In this document: in pieces, positions 1 through 13,603 of the stretch
Layout: every line of letters starts with the position of its first letter
How positions within the stretch are numbered: the stretch's first letter is position 1
Assembly: GCF_009914755.1 (NCBI RefSeq)
Contig: NC_060929.1
Direction: 5' to 3' (one strand)
Length of the DNA: 64,000 nucleotides
From: the human T2T-CHM13v2.0 reference genome, Homo sapiens
Notes under the pieces: generated by a model
What the model was told of the DNA's origin: nothing
The model's database searches: none
What the model saw: only the letters and a program-made list of their open reading frames with translations
Translations under genes and position numbers: made by a program

Positions 1-719
1 AGCTCTCAGGGTTTGGTTTGAATTGGCTCCAGCACACCCTGGCAGTTAGAAGGGGCAAAATCTTAAGTTTAAGGATGCTTTGGGAAATGCATTGGATGCC
101 AGTGTACACCAATTGGCTGTGATCTCACATCCGGCTTCTGCTTGGAAAGATGGTTGCTAAGAAAAACAGAAGTAGCCCCATACCAGGTTCCTAACAAAAT
201 CAGTTAGGAGGAGCAGACTATGTCCTGGCATTTAGGTCTATCACAGTAAACACACAAAAAAATTTAGTGCAAGTTCTCCCTTATCCCCTTCACAGAAAAA
301 TTGTTTCCTATCTAGTCTAGAAAAATCAAACCTTTTAGAGTTTAAATATTTTAAAATTAAAAACTTTTATTAAAAACATACATGTAACTCCTCACCCCTT
401 TCCAATATCTGGGATTAAAAGATTTGAACAGAGACCTGTATAATCTCAGGCAAAATTCATATGGATTCTCATTACTCAGTCACACAGTAACCTCCTTCCT
501 GCTGCAGAAGCTTTACAGACAATCACAGGGCATATGAAATGTTTTAGTAATGAAGATGAAGGGTTGGAGCAAATGTCTCCATACAAAACAAATTGACTCT
601 AGGAAAAAGGGGAAAAATCAAATCAATGTCTCTGAAACTTGAGAAACTTGTATTTATTAATAGGAAAAAAGTTTTGAGCTCAGGTCTAATTGCTATCACA
701 TGAAACACTATTAGCAAAT

Positions 720-1560
720 TTAAAAATGAACGGTTATGAGTAAAAAACAAATTGGATGCTACAGAGACAAATTAGTAAAATAGAATTTACAATTCAAGAT
801 ATCCTCTCAGAATACGGACAGCAAGAAAAAAAAGATGACAATGATAAGTAAAGAGACGACCTAGAGAATAGATTGAAAAGATCTAATACATGCACAATAG
901 GAATTCAGGAGACAGCAGAGCAGATTGAGAAGTACTAATCAAAGAACTGAGAGAGGAAAATTTTCTTGAGTTAAATAAGGATTGCGCCTACACATAGCAA
1001 GGACCCACTGAGTAGCCAAAAACAATAAGACCCAAATTGCTTGGTAACTTTTCCTAGGGTTCAAGAAGAAAAATTTATAGGTAACCAAACGAAAAGAGGC
1101 TACTACTACAAAAAAATTGTTTTAAGCCAAGTGCAGTGTGGCACATGCCTATAGTCCCAGCTACTTGGGAGGCTGAGGTGGGTGGATCACTTGAGCCCAG
1201 GATTTCAAGCCTAGCCTGGGCAACAGAGCAAGACCCCATCTCTTAAATTTAAAACTTAAAAAAAAGGTTAATAATGACTATCCTTCATAGCACTTAATGA
1301 CAGAAAAAAGATTGTGGCAACAGCTATATAAACCAAATAATTGTTTATGTTTGGAGGCAACAAAAATTTAAGACATAATGCCAAAGAGTGACCACTTTTA
1401 CCTTTTCAGAGAAAAAAAAAAAACTAAAAATCCTCCAGCCAAATGAAAAGCAAATAAAAAGAACACAAGTAAAAGGAAGTTGTCTTTTAAAAATGGTAGA
1501 GAACAATAATAGCAGTAACAGAACCAATATGCAAATAATAGTTAACATATTTATGAAAAA
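720..1560 (+). mobile_element. Highly diverged L1 ORF1-like fragment (HAL1/L1M type), interrupted by an Alu monomer
   Basis: A-rich + strand with L1 ORF1-like phrases (agatctaatacatgcacaataggaattcagg; gaggaaaattttcttgagttaaa). No intact ORF; boundaries approximate. Confidence 0.5.
1125..1265 (+). mobile_element. Free left Alu monomer (FLAM)
   Basis: gtcccagctacttgggaggctgaggtgggtggatcacttgagcccagg...gcctgggcaacagagcaagaccccatctct followed by an A-rich tail; single arm only. Confidence 0.9.
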
Positions 1561-2194
1561 TAATGAAAGACAAATTATTGAATGAGAATATATGTAAAGA
1601 TAAATTAAGATTTAAAAAACTAGGATGGATGTAAAAGTTCAAATTGTTCCAATAATTCTGAGAGCTGGGAGAGAGAATGAATAATTAGGCAAGTGTGTAA
1701 ATATTTAGAAGCAATGATGCTTATTGGTACATTTAATACTGAAATTAATCTAAATCACTTATTGAATAAATAATGCTATAGTGTAAGTCAGAAGGAAACC
1801 ATCAGCAATTAAAAAGTTATACATTCATATCCTATTAATTGGCATGTAAATAAATCTATATGTATATATTCAAAATATATTTTTAAACAATGAAAAATTA
1901 TCCCATTTTATTCAATGTGTGTATACAGCTATATCTTATAGAGTATGTTTATGACAATTCTGGAAGTCTATTGGGTTTAGTTAATAAAATTACATGGTTG
2001 ATTTTTTTGAATGTATGTTTTTCCTCAGCAAGCATGGAACACTCACAGAATTTGAAAAGTTAAAAGCAAATGTCTAAGAAAGCACAGGACAACTTTAATT
2101 GGGAGTGTCAGAAAGTCTTTGATGAGATACCGTAAATAAGTGAGGGAAAAGATTTTGAAAGGCAACAGACTGCAGCAGGAAGAAAGGTGTGGAG

Positions 2195-2196
<2 letters not shown>

Positions 2197-2226
<30 letters not shown>
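2197..2226. repeat. (GT)15 microsatellite
   Basis: Read directly from sequence. Confidence 0.97.
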
Positions 2227-2230
<4 letters not shown>

Positions 2231-2894
2231 GCACGCACATGTGCAGCCTCAGAGATCCAATCACTTACCTGAAGAACAAGTAACTGGGTTACTGTGGGGA
2301 AATTTAAGAGTTCAAGAGCACATTCAGATGGTACCTTCCAGGTTTCTTCTTGACACTCTATCTTTGTCCTACCTCAACCTTCCCTTCTAGCCCCCATCAT
2401 TTGCTGATGATAGAGACAGCACAAAACAAAATGGTCTTACCAAAAAAGACAGTTTCCTGCCCTTGAGTTTTCCACAGTGTCCTTGAAGTCCAAACTTCTT
2501 TAGAACTTGCCAAAGTCCAAGCCAGTTTACTCCAGACAATGGCAACCCTGAACCCTTCACTGAGTCTAAAGGTCATTGTTTAAAGTTTTTATCTTCTTGC
2601 CTTACATAATTCTTGTATCTTCTGCTGGGGGTGGGGGGATGGGGGAGATCATAGTGATTTTTAGCTCAAAAATCTACTTAAAGGGCTTAAAAATAACAAA
2701 ATGCTGGAAGTTATTTACACACTCCAGGCAAACTGATTTCAAAGAAACTTTCTCAAGGATCCTCCTTAGCAGGTAACACAGCTTTGAGAGATGACATTCC
2801 CTACTGATAGATGTAACAATTGGATTCTGGAGTTAAGCAGGCATCCCTATGGTGGCATGTAAAGATGAATATAATAATATCTGATCACAATAAT

Positions 2895-3120
2895 GATAGT
2901 AATAATTACCTCTCAGGCCAGTAAATGCTTACTATATACTAAGCACTTTGCATATGTCACCTTGTTTAATTTTTATTGCCCTCAACTTAAAGATGAGGAA
3001 GCTGAAGCTTAAGTAGGTTATGCAGCAGGCTCAAAGTTATGCAGCTGGTTTGTGGCAGAGCTGGGCCTCAAACATAGGTCTACCTAGTGCAAGAGCCCTT
3101 GCTGTGACACATCATGTTGT
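2895..3120 (-). mobile_element. MIR SINE
   Basis: Reverse-complement MIR core: aaagatgaggaagctgaagctt...cagctggtttgtggcagagctggg. Confidence 0.75.
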
Positions 3121-3469
3121 GCTGCCCCAACTTATACAAAATGGCCCAGCCATGTGTCACATCTTAGGGATCAGGGACCTGTGACAACCTTGTCGTTAGA
3201 GTTACGGATTCAGTGATCAATTCTTGGTGCATCCACTCTGGAAGGCTATTCTTCATCCCATCTGCTACATTTCCATCTATTCAAGCACTCCCCATTGACC
3301 TCAATTCCACCAACCAAGCCCTTCCACAACTCTCCAGCTCTTGCTGAATTGACCTCACTGATCTTTCAGTGCATTTACTCTCTAACGCTCTCATTTGGCC
3401 TTAGTCTTCAACAAGAATAATCGGCAAATATGAGAAAAGCCACCTAAAAGTCACTTAAATGACTACTAC

Positions 3470-3890
3470 TAAAAGTCTGTAGGTAGACAGTTGCTGGAAT
3501 TGGTTTGGTAGTACAACAATGCCATCCAAGACTGTGGTTCCTTTTAGGTTTTGCTCTGTGTATGGGATTTTCAGCCAAATGTTTACTGTTTCATGACCAC
3601 AAGGTGACTGCCCCACTCCAGCCATCACATTTGTATTCAGGCAGGAGGGAAAAGGAGCAGTGCCAGTGAGCTCTCCTTTCACACCTTTCTCTTTTATAAG
3701 GGAAAGGAAGCTTTCTGAACTGCCTCCAACTGATTCTACACCTCACTGACCAGGACTGGGTTATGTAGTCACTTCTAGCTTCTGGTGAGGCCAGGAAAGC
3801 AAATAGCTCACTTCTTTTGCATCTATACTGGGAAGTGGGCAGGGGGAAGGTACTGAATGCCTCTGGGCCAGACTGTCAACAGTATCTGCC
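3470..3890 (-). mobile_element. Old MaLR LTR (MLT1J/K-like)
   Basis: ccagccatcacatttgtattcaggcagg and ctcactgaccaggactgggttatgtagtcacttctagc resemble antisense late-MLT1 LTRs. Confidence 0.55.
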
Positions 3891-4715
3891 ATTGTTGTAT
3901 TTTTCAGCTCTTTTTCTTTAATGCTTTGTCACCCCTAATAGACTCTTCATCGTGCCTCTCTGATTCTCACCATTACCTCAGAGTTCTGGGGCACATTGTT
4001 GGTATTGTAAAAATATCTGCAAAATTTAATTAAGTACAAAATACATATCCTAGAAATATAAGGAACATTCTTTTGACACTTTATTTGATAAAGTTTTGAC
4101 TGAGATACAACCTTTGAGTTGTGAAAATATATTGAGAAAACCTGTGAGAGATTGCACCGTGACTTCATTGTATTTCCCCACTGCAGAAAAAAATACAATG
4201 AATGGTGTAGAAAGGAGGTTGCTGGGCCCAACACCTTTTGTTTTGGCCACCTTTTATATCAATTTCTGTGATGGCTGACCCCCTTACAGAGGCTGAGCAG
4301 GAAAATGCACAAGAAATCAGGCTTATATTTGCTTTTCACTGGCAAGACTGATGACAGGTATGCTGAGGTGGAAATTTCAAACTATTGACTTTAACTTACT
4401 TCTGTCTTATAACAAGCACAGTGAGGGCTGGCCATGAAGCTGCTGCCTTAGTGCACCTGAAGCTTTTCTGAGCTTCTTTGCTAAATCTTAACTCACTAAG
4501 TATTCACAGCATTTCTTTGCCTCCTCACGCCTATTACCTGCGCTCATCCTGCTCTTCCAAATGGCCTTTGGAAAAATGCATTTTGGAGTCCTATATTCAG
4601 AGAACAGTAAGAGATACTGGGCTGAGAAACAGCCTGAATGTTAGCCAAAGTCTTTTCCTAAGACAGTAGTTCCAACTTACAGCAACATTCTGAGAACAAT
4701 AAATCTAATGACACC

Positions 4716-5125
4716 TGCAGTAGCAGCTTATGAAATGGCCTCTAAGATGGCTCCTAATATTCTGATTTCTGGTATTCATGTTCCTATGTACTGTAAGGGA
4801 CCGACTTACATGGCCAGGGGAAGGCCTGCTGAGGGAAGCCTACTATAAGTCATGAGAACACCAAAACAGCTCTATGGAGAGGTCTACATGGTAAAGGACT
4901 GAGACCTTTTGCCAAAAGCTAGCATCTACCTGCCACATGAGTGCACCATCTGATAAGCGGATCTTCCAGCCCCATTCAAGCCTTCAGATGACAGCCCTGG
5001 AAATCATCTTGACTGCAACCTCATGAGAGTTCTCAAACTAAAGCACTCAGCTAAACTGCCCTCAAATTTCTGAACTAATGAACCTGTGTGAGAAGACACA
5101 TATTTGTTATTTTAAGCCACTAATA
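4716..5125 (+). mobile_element. MaLR LTR (MLT1E/F-like)
   Basis: aagccttcagatgacagccctgg...ttgactgcaacctcatgaga...tttgttattttaagccactaa, typical of the MLT1 3' half. Confidence 0.75.
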
Positions 5126-5129
5126 TGCT

Positions 5130-5330
5130 CAGCATTCATTATGTCAGTTGATCCTCATCACTGCCTAATATGAAGTAGAAAGAATCAGTGTAACAATCTA
5201 CACTCCACTGATGAGAGCACACTGGCTCAGAGAGACGAAACAACATGGTCAAGATCGTATTGCTAATACATGTTGCAGTCTGGCCAAGTGCCCTGGTTAC
5301 CTGATTTCTAGTTTGGAATGCTTTCTACTG
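5130..5330 (-). mobile_element. MIR SINE (diverged)
   Basis: ctgatgagagcacactggctcagagag...caagatcgtattgctaat, a reverse MIR core. Confidence 0.55.
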
Positions 5331-6454
5331 TGGCCCTCTGCTATACCAGTGGGGCATAAGGAAAATGACAGAGTCCTCATTTAATTCCCTGCCCCAGAGT
5401 AATGGATCACTAGCTTAATAGACTGAGTTTTATTCAAGTTGACACCAGCTTGGATCTCTAGCCCCTCACTGGGATCAAAGAGATAGTCTTCTTCTGATCG
5501 TCTTTGTTTCTCTCCAAAGAAGGTTTTGAAGTAACTAGGGGAAGATGACTACTCTAGATGCTTGGTCTTAGCCCATGGTTACATTTGTGGTGTGTCACTC
5601 TCACGTGGTTCAAGACCTTCCCAGGTATTTGGAGTAAAGTTTTGGACAGAAAAGAAACTCCCACACTTTCCATAACTTCTCCTCCTATCCTTTCCCCATC
5701 ATAGCTTTTTTTGAATACTACCCTCCACTTCCGGAAGATCTCTGGTTTCAGGAGACAAGAAATATTATGTGGCCACTAAATTATGTTCACACTTTAAATT
5801 CTCTGCTTAGAGGGCAGCTCTCCAGGCTTTAAATGTTGACCATGTTTACTCAGCACAGACCACATCAAAGAAAGGACCATAGACATAAGAGTTTTAAGCA
5901 ACCCCTTTCTTCAGGAAAATAAAACAGGAATTAAGTTGGGCATGTAGGTGATAGCAAACTATTCTGGCCACCTTTCTGCAATTGAGATCTGCCACTGTGG
6001 TAGGGAATGTCCAGCCAAAGCCTGCTGGCCAATACCAAGTCAAATCCCCCACTGGTCCACTTTTCCAATCGGCAGGTTTCGTTTCATATTCACACAGAGG
6101 AGTGGAGCAAATACCTAGGGTCAAATGGGGCTTCAACTTATCTAATGCACACTGCCTTTGGATAATTACAAGCTGTCACAGTTGGAAAAGTTCTTAGTGG
6201 TATAGCTCAACCATTGCATTTTACGGATTAAGAAACCCAGGACTAAAGGGTAAAAAGAAGCACCTAGGTTTGATGACAAAGCAGGACTATAGCTTCCACA
6301 CATTACATGGCCTCACCTGTAACCTACTCACCTTGCTAACACACAACTCAGAACACTTCCCCTTCTGCTGTCCCTCTACCTAAAGTTCAGTTTGAAGATT
6401 GACTGCATCAGGGTTTTGGAGTAACCTGCCCTTGGTCTCTCCTTAATGGAAATC

Positions 6455-6905
6455 AGTGTATGGCAGATGCATCTGACCAATGACTTAATGTAAGCCTACC
6501 TCAAGTATGACCCTATAGTCAAGAAGAATGTGTGTTTGGAGTTCTAAGCCTAAGGAATCTAGGAGTGGCCAACCCAGAGATTCATTCCTTGTCTAGAAAG
6601 AACATCTGAACCTCCGGCCCATCCCATGGAATGCAGGCCATACAGGGGATTGAGGCTCTTTGTTTTAGGTCCAGTGAAGGTTATCAGGTGGAGTTTGCTG
6701 GGGTGAGGGTCCTAAGTGAAAATGCTATATAAACTGCATGCTTTTTACAAAGGGTAGTGGTTCTCCTGTCCAGCCCACTGCCACTGCACCACCCTGTACA
6801 TAAGTCCCCTCGAACTTATATCTTGTTCACTGGCTCCAGGTCTCTTCTTCAGCCTCTTGAACATGATGCCATCCCTATTGAAGTCAACAGGGGTCTGGCA
6901 CGAAG
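6455..6905 (+). mobile_element. Solo LTR, LTR47-like (ERVL class), copy 1
   Basis: tgtatggcagatgcatctgac...ggagtggccaacccagagattcattcctt...TATA box (gctatataaactgcatgc)...ggggtctggcacga. Aligns along its length with 8755-9525. Confidence 0.75.
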
Positions 6906-6949
6906 ATTAGCTGCAGTATTCTGGAGTATCACATACTACACATTTTTCC

Positions 6950-7082
6950 ATAACCCCTCTGTGACTCAGTTTCTTCATCTATAAAATGGGTACAATAGTG
7001 TGTTGAGATGTTAGAAGGATTAAATGAGAAAAAAATATGTAAAGAGCCTGACACCAGAAAACTCCCAGTAAATGTTAGCCAT
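6950..7082 (+). mobile_element. MIR SINE
   Basis: ctcagtttcttcatctataaaatggg...ggattaaatgag...cagtaaatgttagcc. Confidence 0.8.
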
Positions 7083-7180
7083 CCAGAAGAACAGTCACAG
7101 AGAAAACTTCCTAGAGAGTAGCAAATATTTACCATGAGGGAAGGTAGTCTTTTAGGAGGGCATTAGTCTTTCAGGGGGAA

Positions 7181-7339
7181 CAGCAGTTCTCAAACTTTGG
7201 CCAAGCATCAGAATCACCCAGATGGCTTGCTGTAGATTGATGAGTCTCACCCTCAGAGTTTAAGGTTTGGTGGATCTCAGAGTCCAAGAATCTGACTTTC
7301 TAATAAGTTCCCAGGAAACTACATGCTGAGAACCTCTGG
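7181..7339. mobile_element. MER5A hAT-Charlie DNA transposon remnant
   Basis: Terminal inverted repeats cagcagttctcaaa / tgagaacctctg; internal gcatcagaatcacc. Confidence 0.8.
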
Positions 7340-7352
7340 TGTAGAACATTAG

Positions 7353-7682
<330 letters not shown>

Positions 7683-8754
7683 TGAAGACGTATCAGTTCT
7701 TTCAGAGCAAACCACACCATACTGCCTTACAAGGGCTTCTGTCACTCAAAAATGAAGCCCTCATCCAAAGTTGAACTGGCCATGTGATATTACCAGATGG
7801 CTGGATCAGGCCAAGGGGAGAAGAATCAAGCCATTTTTAAGGGAAGATTGGAGGAAGCAGCCAACAAGTGGGAGAAGGTCGGTGGACAGAATGAACAAGA
7901 TGAAAAAAGGAAAAGGAGAACTAGACCATCGTGTTACATTGAATTCTCCTGCACAGCTGGAAGAAAGCCTTTAGCTTCCCAAGCCCCCAGAGAAAGTAGT
8001 CCTAGGTCAGCTCTTTGACAACAAGGCAAACATGAAGGAAACAGAGACCGCAGGGTCAGTGAGCTCTTCGGGCTACCCACCTATCACCAGCACTCCCTTC
8101 AAAGCAGGCACAGGGCTGGGGCAGGCCCTTAGGCCTTGGGATTTCCCCATCACTGTCTTTCAGCCTTAGCCACACCCTCTTCCACAGGCCTGCTGTACTG
8201 CCTCCGGGTGCGGCTGTGGGCACCTGCCTGGAAGGATGTGGGAACCTCCATTATTCCCCCATCCCCGACTGCAAGCCCCACCCCAGGCTTGCCCACCTCA
8301 ACTTACCTCAGTAGCATTTTCTCCCAGGAGGACAGCTGAAGCAAGCCAGCCTGAACCCATGGCTTTTTGTTGAAAAGCCCCAGGGGTGTTTGTGGGTAGT
8401 GACCACGTCTTAGCACCAACTGGCTAAGTAACTTTGGCAGGTAGGCTAGCCTCAGATGCCACATCCATAATGTGATGTGAATAAAACCCTCCCCTGCTGT
8501 TATCCCAGGGAGGGAGTAAGGATCAGTGAACTGTTCAAAGAAATTGCCTCAGGATAACAGGTGTGAGTTAAATGCCAGCCATGAGTGATTTCATCTTGGA
8601 CTTTCCAAGAGAAGTGAAAGAGAGGGAGAGGGGAAGGGAAAAAAAGAGAGGAGAAGGAGAAAGAAATAAAATAATTTTTTAAAAAGCTAAGTAACTCCAC
8701 CTATAAGTGGACATCATTACCACTCTCTCCAGCCTCAAAAATAAGGCTTTGGCT

Positions 8755-9525
8755 TGCTGTATGGCAGACACACCTGACAGGAGTCACTTAAGCATACCCC
8801 GAGAATGACCCTGCACAGCAGACGCATCTGAATGTGTGTTTGGAGTTCCAAGCTAAGGAATACAGGAGTGGCCAACTCAAAAAGTCATTCCTTATCTTTG
8901 AAGAACATCTGAGCTGTCTTGTAACATAGAACGTGGGCCTCACAGAGGATTGAGGCCCTGTGTTTTGGGTTAAATGAAGATTGTCAGGTGAAAGTTGTTA
9001 GGGGAGGGTGCTAAGTGAAAATGCCATATAAACAGAATGCTTTCTTTTTAAAAATTATTTATCTTAGAGATAGTCTTGCTGTGTCACCCAGGCTGGAGTG
9101 TAGTGACATGATCATAGCTAACTGTAGCCTCAAACTCCTGGGCTCAAGCAATCCTCTTGCCTCAGCCTTTGAGTAGCTGAAACTACAGGTGTGTGCCATC
9201 ACATCTGGCTAATTTTTGGTTTTTATTTTTTAGATATGAGGTTTTGCTATGTTGCTCAGGGTGATCTCATACTCCTGGCCTTAATCAATCTTCCCACCTT
9301 GACCTCCTAAAATGCTGGGGTTACAGGCATAAGCCACTGTGCCCAGCCTCAACTGCATGCTTTCTGCAGGTGGCGGTGGTTCTCTTATCCAGCCCACCAC
9401 CACTGGATTGCTCTGTAAGTTCCCCTCCATAAACTCTATGTCTTACTCGCTGGGTCCAACTCTCTTCTTCAGCCTCTTGCACCTGGTGCTGCCCCTAATG
9501 AAGTTAATAGGGGTCTGGCCCAAAC
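8755..9525 (+). mobile_element. Solo LTR, LTR47-like, copy 2, interrupted by AluJ
   Basis: Starts tgctgtatggcagacacacctgac, homologous to 6455-6905; resumes after the Alu at 9351; aataaa near 9428. Confidence 0.75.
9046..9348 (-). mobile_element. AluJ inserted in the LTR
   Basis: J-type diagnostics (ctcctgggctcaagcaatcctc); diverged TSD aacagaatgctttct (9031-9045) / aactgcatgctttct (9351-9365). Confidence 0.93.
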
Positions 9526-9823
9526 CTTTTTGCTCCCAGGAAAGCCTTCCAAAGAGTGAGGGATCCTGAGGGATTTTAGAGGGACAGCCAACTTGATTCT
9601 GCCCAAGATGCATCTGCACATTTTTGATCTCAAGACAATCTCCCTGTCTGGCTAAAAGCAACTATTTTTAGGATGGTGCTGAAGAGTTTTGGGTGTGTCA
9701 GTCCAGTTGTTTTCTTAGAGGACCAACCAGCTCAGTGGAATGGATAAGCCAGCAGTATGGTGTAGTTTGCCCCAAAAGAACTGACTCTTTCTCAAAATTC
9801 TCTCACTCTCTAATGTTCTACAC

Positions 9824-9961
9824 CAGTGGTTCTCAAAGTGTGGTTTCCTGGGAACTTGTAAGAAAGTCAAATTCTTGGAGTGTACTGAGACCTACCGAAT
9901 CTGAAATTCTAACAAGCCATCCAGGTGATTCTGATGCTTAGCCAAAGTTTGAGAAGCACTG
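9824..9961. mobile_element. MER5A
   Basis: Terminal inverted repeats cagtggttctcaaa / tttgagaagcactg. Confidence 0.85.
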
Positions 9962-10008
9962 TTCCACCTGAAAGCCTAGTGCCTTCCTGAAAGACCACCT
10001 GAAAGGCC

Positions 10009-10290
10009 CAGTGCTTCTCAAACTTTCACATGTACACAAAGCACCTCAGATCTTGTTAATCTTCAAGATTCAATTCAGAAAGTCTAGGTGGGTCCTGGGA
10101 CCTGATAGTTCTATCAAGCTCCAGGTGTTGTGCATGCTCCAGTCTCTTGACCTCGCTCTCAGGAGCAAGGTCCACAGCAGTGATTCGCATAAGAATTCAC
10201 GTGAGACTTATCTGGGGAGACCTTCAAAAGTGATCTAGAATTGCATTCCAGCATTGCCATGTTCCAAAAAGTTCCCAGGTGATTCTAAGG
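10009..10290. mobile_element. MER5B/MER5-like remnants (probably two adjacent copies)
   Basis: cagtgcttctcaaacttt...aagctccaggtg...gagcaagg, then a second aagttcccaggtgattct. Confidence 0.6.
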
Positions 10291-10964
10291 GGAGTAAAAA
10301 CTGCCGCCTACACGTTCAGCTTTATCTCATTCAGTTTACAAAGCTTTGATTCCTGCTTTTACAGCCACCCAGGAGTATATGCATTTTAAGTTGTTACCTG
10401 ATCATTGTAAATGAATATCAATGAAGTAGCTATCTAGTGATGTAGGGGTGGAGAGAACGCAGGTGGTTAAGAAGGGTAGAAACTGTTCTGAGGTGGAAGG
10501 CTACAAAGTAGGGGCTCTGAGGATCAAAGGGAATTTTTTTGTTGTAGAAGGTATCAGGAAACATTTCAAAAGACTGAAAGGGGCAAAAACAATGACTGGA
10601 GTCTGGGATCGCAGGCTGGGTTATCTGTTTTTCAAGGAAACCACAGCTCTGTAAATTGTAGAGTACTGATGATAGTAATGCAAACTATTACTATTTTGTT
10701 CATAAAAATGTGAATTGTGTGATGTACTCAGTTAGTGTCCCACATTGACCAATGTACATCTGTCTCCAAATTCTGTCAGCATTCCTGAAAGTCTTTAGAT
10801 GTGTGGGAATTTTCAATTTTCCTTTGAAACAGTTGTATCATTTTAACTGTTCCTTAATGACTTAAACTAAATCTGTGATATGTTTATTTTATATTTATAT
10901 GCAGGTCGTGGCTTTAGCACTAAAACAAAGCCCTTAACAAAGAGCATGAAGTTCATTGGGTAGT

Positions 10965-11416
10965 TGTAGCAGGCTGCATAATGATCCCCCAAAAAAGATG
11001 TCCACGGTCATAATCCCTAGAACCTCTGAATATGGTACTTTTTTTGGTAAGAGCTTTTTGGATGTGATTAAATTAAGGATCTTTAAATGGAAAGAATATT
11101 CTGGATATTTGGTGGTAGAGGGGAATGTAATCACAAGAGACCATGTAAGAAATAGGAGGACAATAGTCAGGAGATATGAGGACAAAAGCAGAGGGTAGAG
11201 TGATGAGCAGTGGGGCCACAAGCCAAGGGGTACAGGAGGCCTTGAGGAGCTTGAAAAAACAAGGACACATTCTCCCTGAGAGCCTCCCAGAGGAATGCTG
11301 CTCTTCTAACACCTTGTGTTTAGCTCATAAGAACCATCTTGGACTTCTGCCTCTCAGACGTTAAGGTGATAAACTTGTATGGTTCTAATTGGTTGCAGCA
11401 GAAATAGAAAACTATA
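10965..11416 (+). mobile_element. MaLR LTR (MLT1C-like)
   Basis: tgtagcaggctgcataatgatcccccaaaaaagatgtcc...gatgtgattaaattaaggatct...gcagcagaaatagaaaacta. Confidence 0.8.
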
Positions 11417-12081
11417 AGAGTAATCAGAAAGCTGCTTTCCATGCCCCCTGAAGGTGGTGAGTTTGCATGGGCATGTTTGCCATTGTCTTTGACACGGAAC
11501 GATGCCTCAAGCGTGCTCCTGCCTCTGGCTTTCAATGGCTGACAGAAGCTTTGACTTATCTGCTCTCTGACTTTCCCTCTGGCTTGGTGTTCCAGGTTCT
11601 AGACTGAACCAATAAATGCCAGCCCACCTCTGATGACCTTAAAGTTAATCACCTCTTTCCCCTCTCAGTCACGTTTACCAAAGTGACACTATAGTACTGA
11701 GGTTTAAACTCCCAGTTCTTGGAGGCTCTCTGAAACATTCCTCAGTCTTCTCTCACCCCTGTAAAACTATTATTCTTGTCATTTTAAAATAAGGAAATCA
11801 AAAGACCACAGTAGAAGTGACTCACCAAAGGTCAGCAAGTGAACCTCGCTCATCCTCCCAAGGAGTTCAGCAGCCTTGGACTCCTTATTTAATGAGTGAC
11901 TCTCCACACAAACTTCAATCTTTGAAGGAATGCGCTGCAAAATGCTGCTTAGTCCCTGAACTTGACCTTCTCATTCTCATGTCCAAATCCAGATATTTCT
12001 CTTACTTTTCCAAACACTACTGGGGCTTTAGAATCCTTCACTTCTTCCTCACTTGTGAAAGCAGCTGCAGAAACACCTACA

Positions 12082-12423
12082 TGTTTGTTTTAGTTTCTTA
12101 GGGCTACTATAACAAAACACCTAGATCAGGTAACTTATAAACAGGATACATTTATTACTCACAATTCTGGAAACTGGGAAGTCCAAGAATGAGGCACCAG
12201 CAGAGTCAGTGTCCGGTGATCTATCCCTCTTTCTACGTGTCCTCACTTGACAGAAGGGGAAAACAGGTTTCCTCAAGCCTCTTTTATAAGGTCACTAATC
12301 CCATTCACAAGTGTGGACCCTATGACCTAATCACCTCCTAAAAGTTGCACCTCTTAATACTACCACAGTGGGGATTAGGTTTCAACGTGAATTTTGGAAA
12401 TACATAAACATTCAAAACATAGT
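12082..12423 (-). mobile_element. MaLR LTR (MLT1A-like)
   Basis: ttagtttcttagggctactataacaaaacac...ctgggaagtccaaga...ggggattaggtttcaacgtgaattttgg. Confidence 0.85.
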
Positions 12424-13366
12424 ATTGCTGTATCAAACACTGCAACAAGAGAACTGCAAAGAAATGCAACCCTTAACCCTTGGGCGTTCACAATTTAAAA
12501 CATGGACAAGATAGGTCACTGAGCCTAAAATAAACATTCAATGGTGAATAGACAGGAAAGAATTTACCCATTTAGGTCATGGATAAGTGCACAAAGGGCA
12601 GGGAGCCAGGCTAAGTGAATAGCTGGGGTGGAGAAGGAGGGAGGAGGACCTCAAAGTCCCAAGTCCAGATAAGAAGAAGTAAGGAACTAATCTCCAGTGG
12701 TCAGTGCTGGGTACAGTTTTGTGGAGGGAGTGGCATTTCAGGGACATCAATGAACACCTTCTGAGGGGGCAGTAAGTAAGAGAAGCTCTATTCCAGACAC
12801 CTCAAATTCAGTGGGTCCCCAGGAGGACAGCCTAGAGTAGAGAGGTGCTGGCCTGAAAAGCTTCAGAGCAGAACAAGTCAGCAGATGCTATGTGCTGCTA
12901 ATAGGAGCCCTACAGACAGCCCTCTCCAGGAGAAACACAATCAAGTTCCAGCTGTATCAGCTATTATGGCTGTTTTTCAGCCAATTGCACCTAGAGTGAG
13001 CTGGAAAACGTACCAATTAGCTATTTTGATTTGACAACACTCAGGAAAACAACCTGAGTGAGCTCCGTGTATCTCCAATCCCAACTTGTCGTTTTCCTCA
13101 TCTAGATAAGTAGAGAGATGACAGGGCTGCAGGAAGCCTCATCATCCTCAGGCCTGTAAATCCACACACTCTTACCACGAAGACGCTAAGAGGACCATGC
13201 CAAGACCTGAACAATTCATCAGAAGAAATCCACAGGCTGTCCTCTTGCCCACCTTCAAAGAAACAGGGCTAGAAGGGGGACTATTTCTGCATATCTGAAC
13301 ACAGGAAAGCTAATGAAAATATTATTGAAACAAATCCTTTTTTAATAGCAGCATTAATCTGGAAGC

Positions 13367-13371
<5 letters not shown>

Positions 13372-13451
<80 letters not shown>
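13372..13451. repeat. Compound (CT)~19(CA)20 microsatellite
   Basis: Read directly from sequence. Confidence 0.97.
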
Positions 13452-13455
<4 letters not shown>

Positions 13456-13603
13456 GTTCCCTCCCTCTTACTTCACAGGAACCACAACTCATCTAGTGTC
13501 TTTTTCTAGGCATGGTGAACTGGAATGCAGCTTCGGGGTTGGTGTAGTTAGCCTCCCGAAAGCTCCCTTGTCAGAGATCTCTCTTTGCCCTATCTGCTTG
13601 CTT

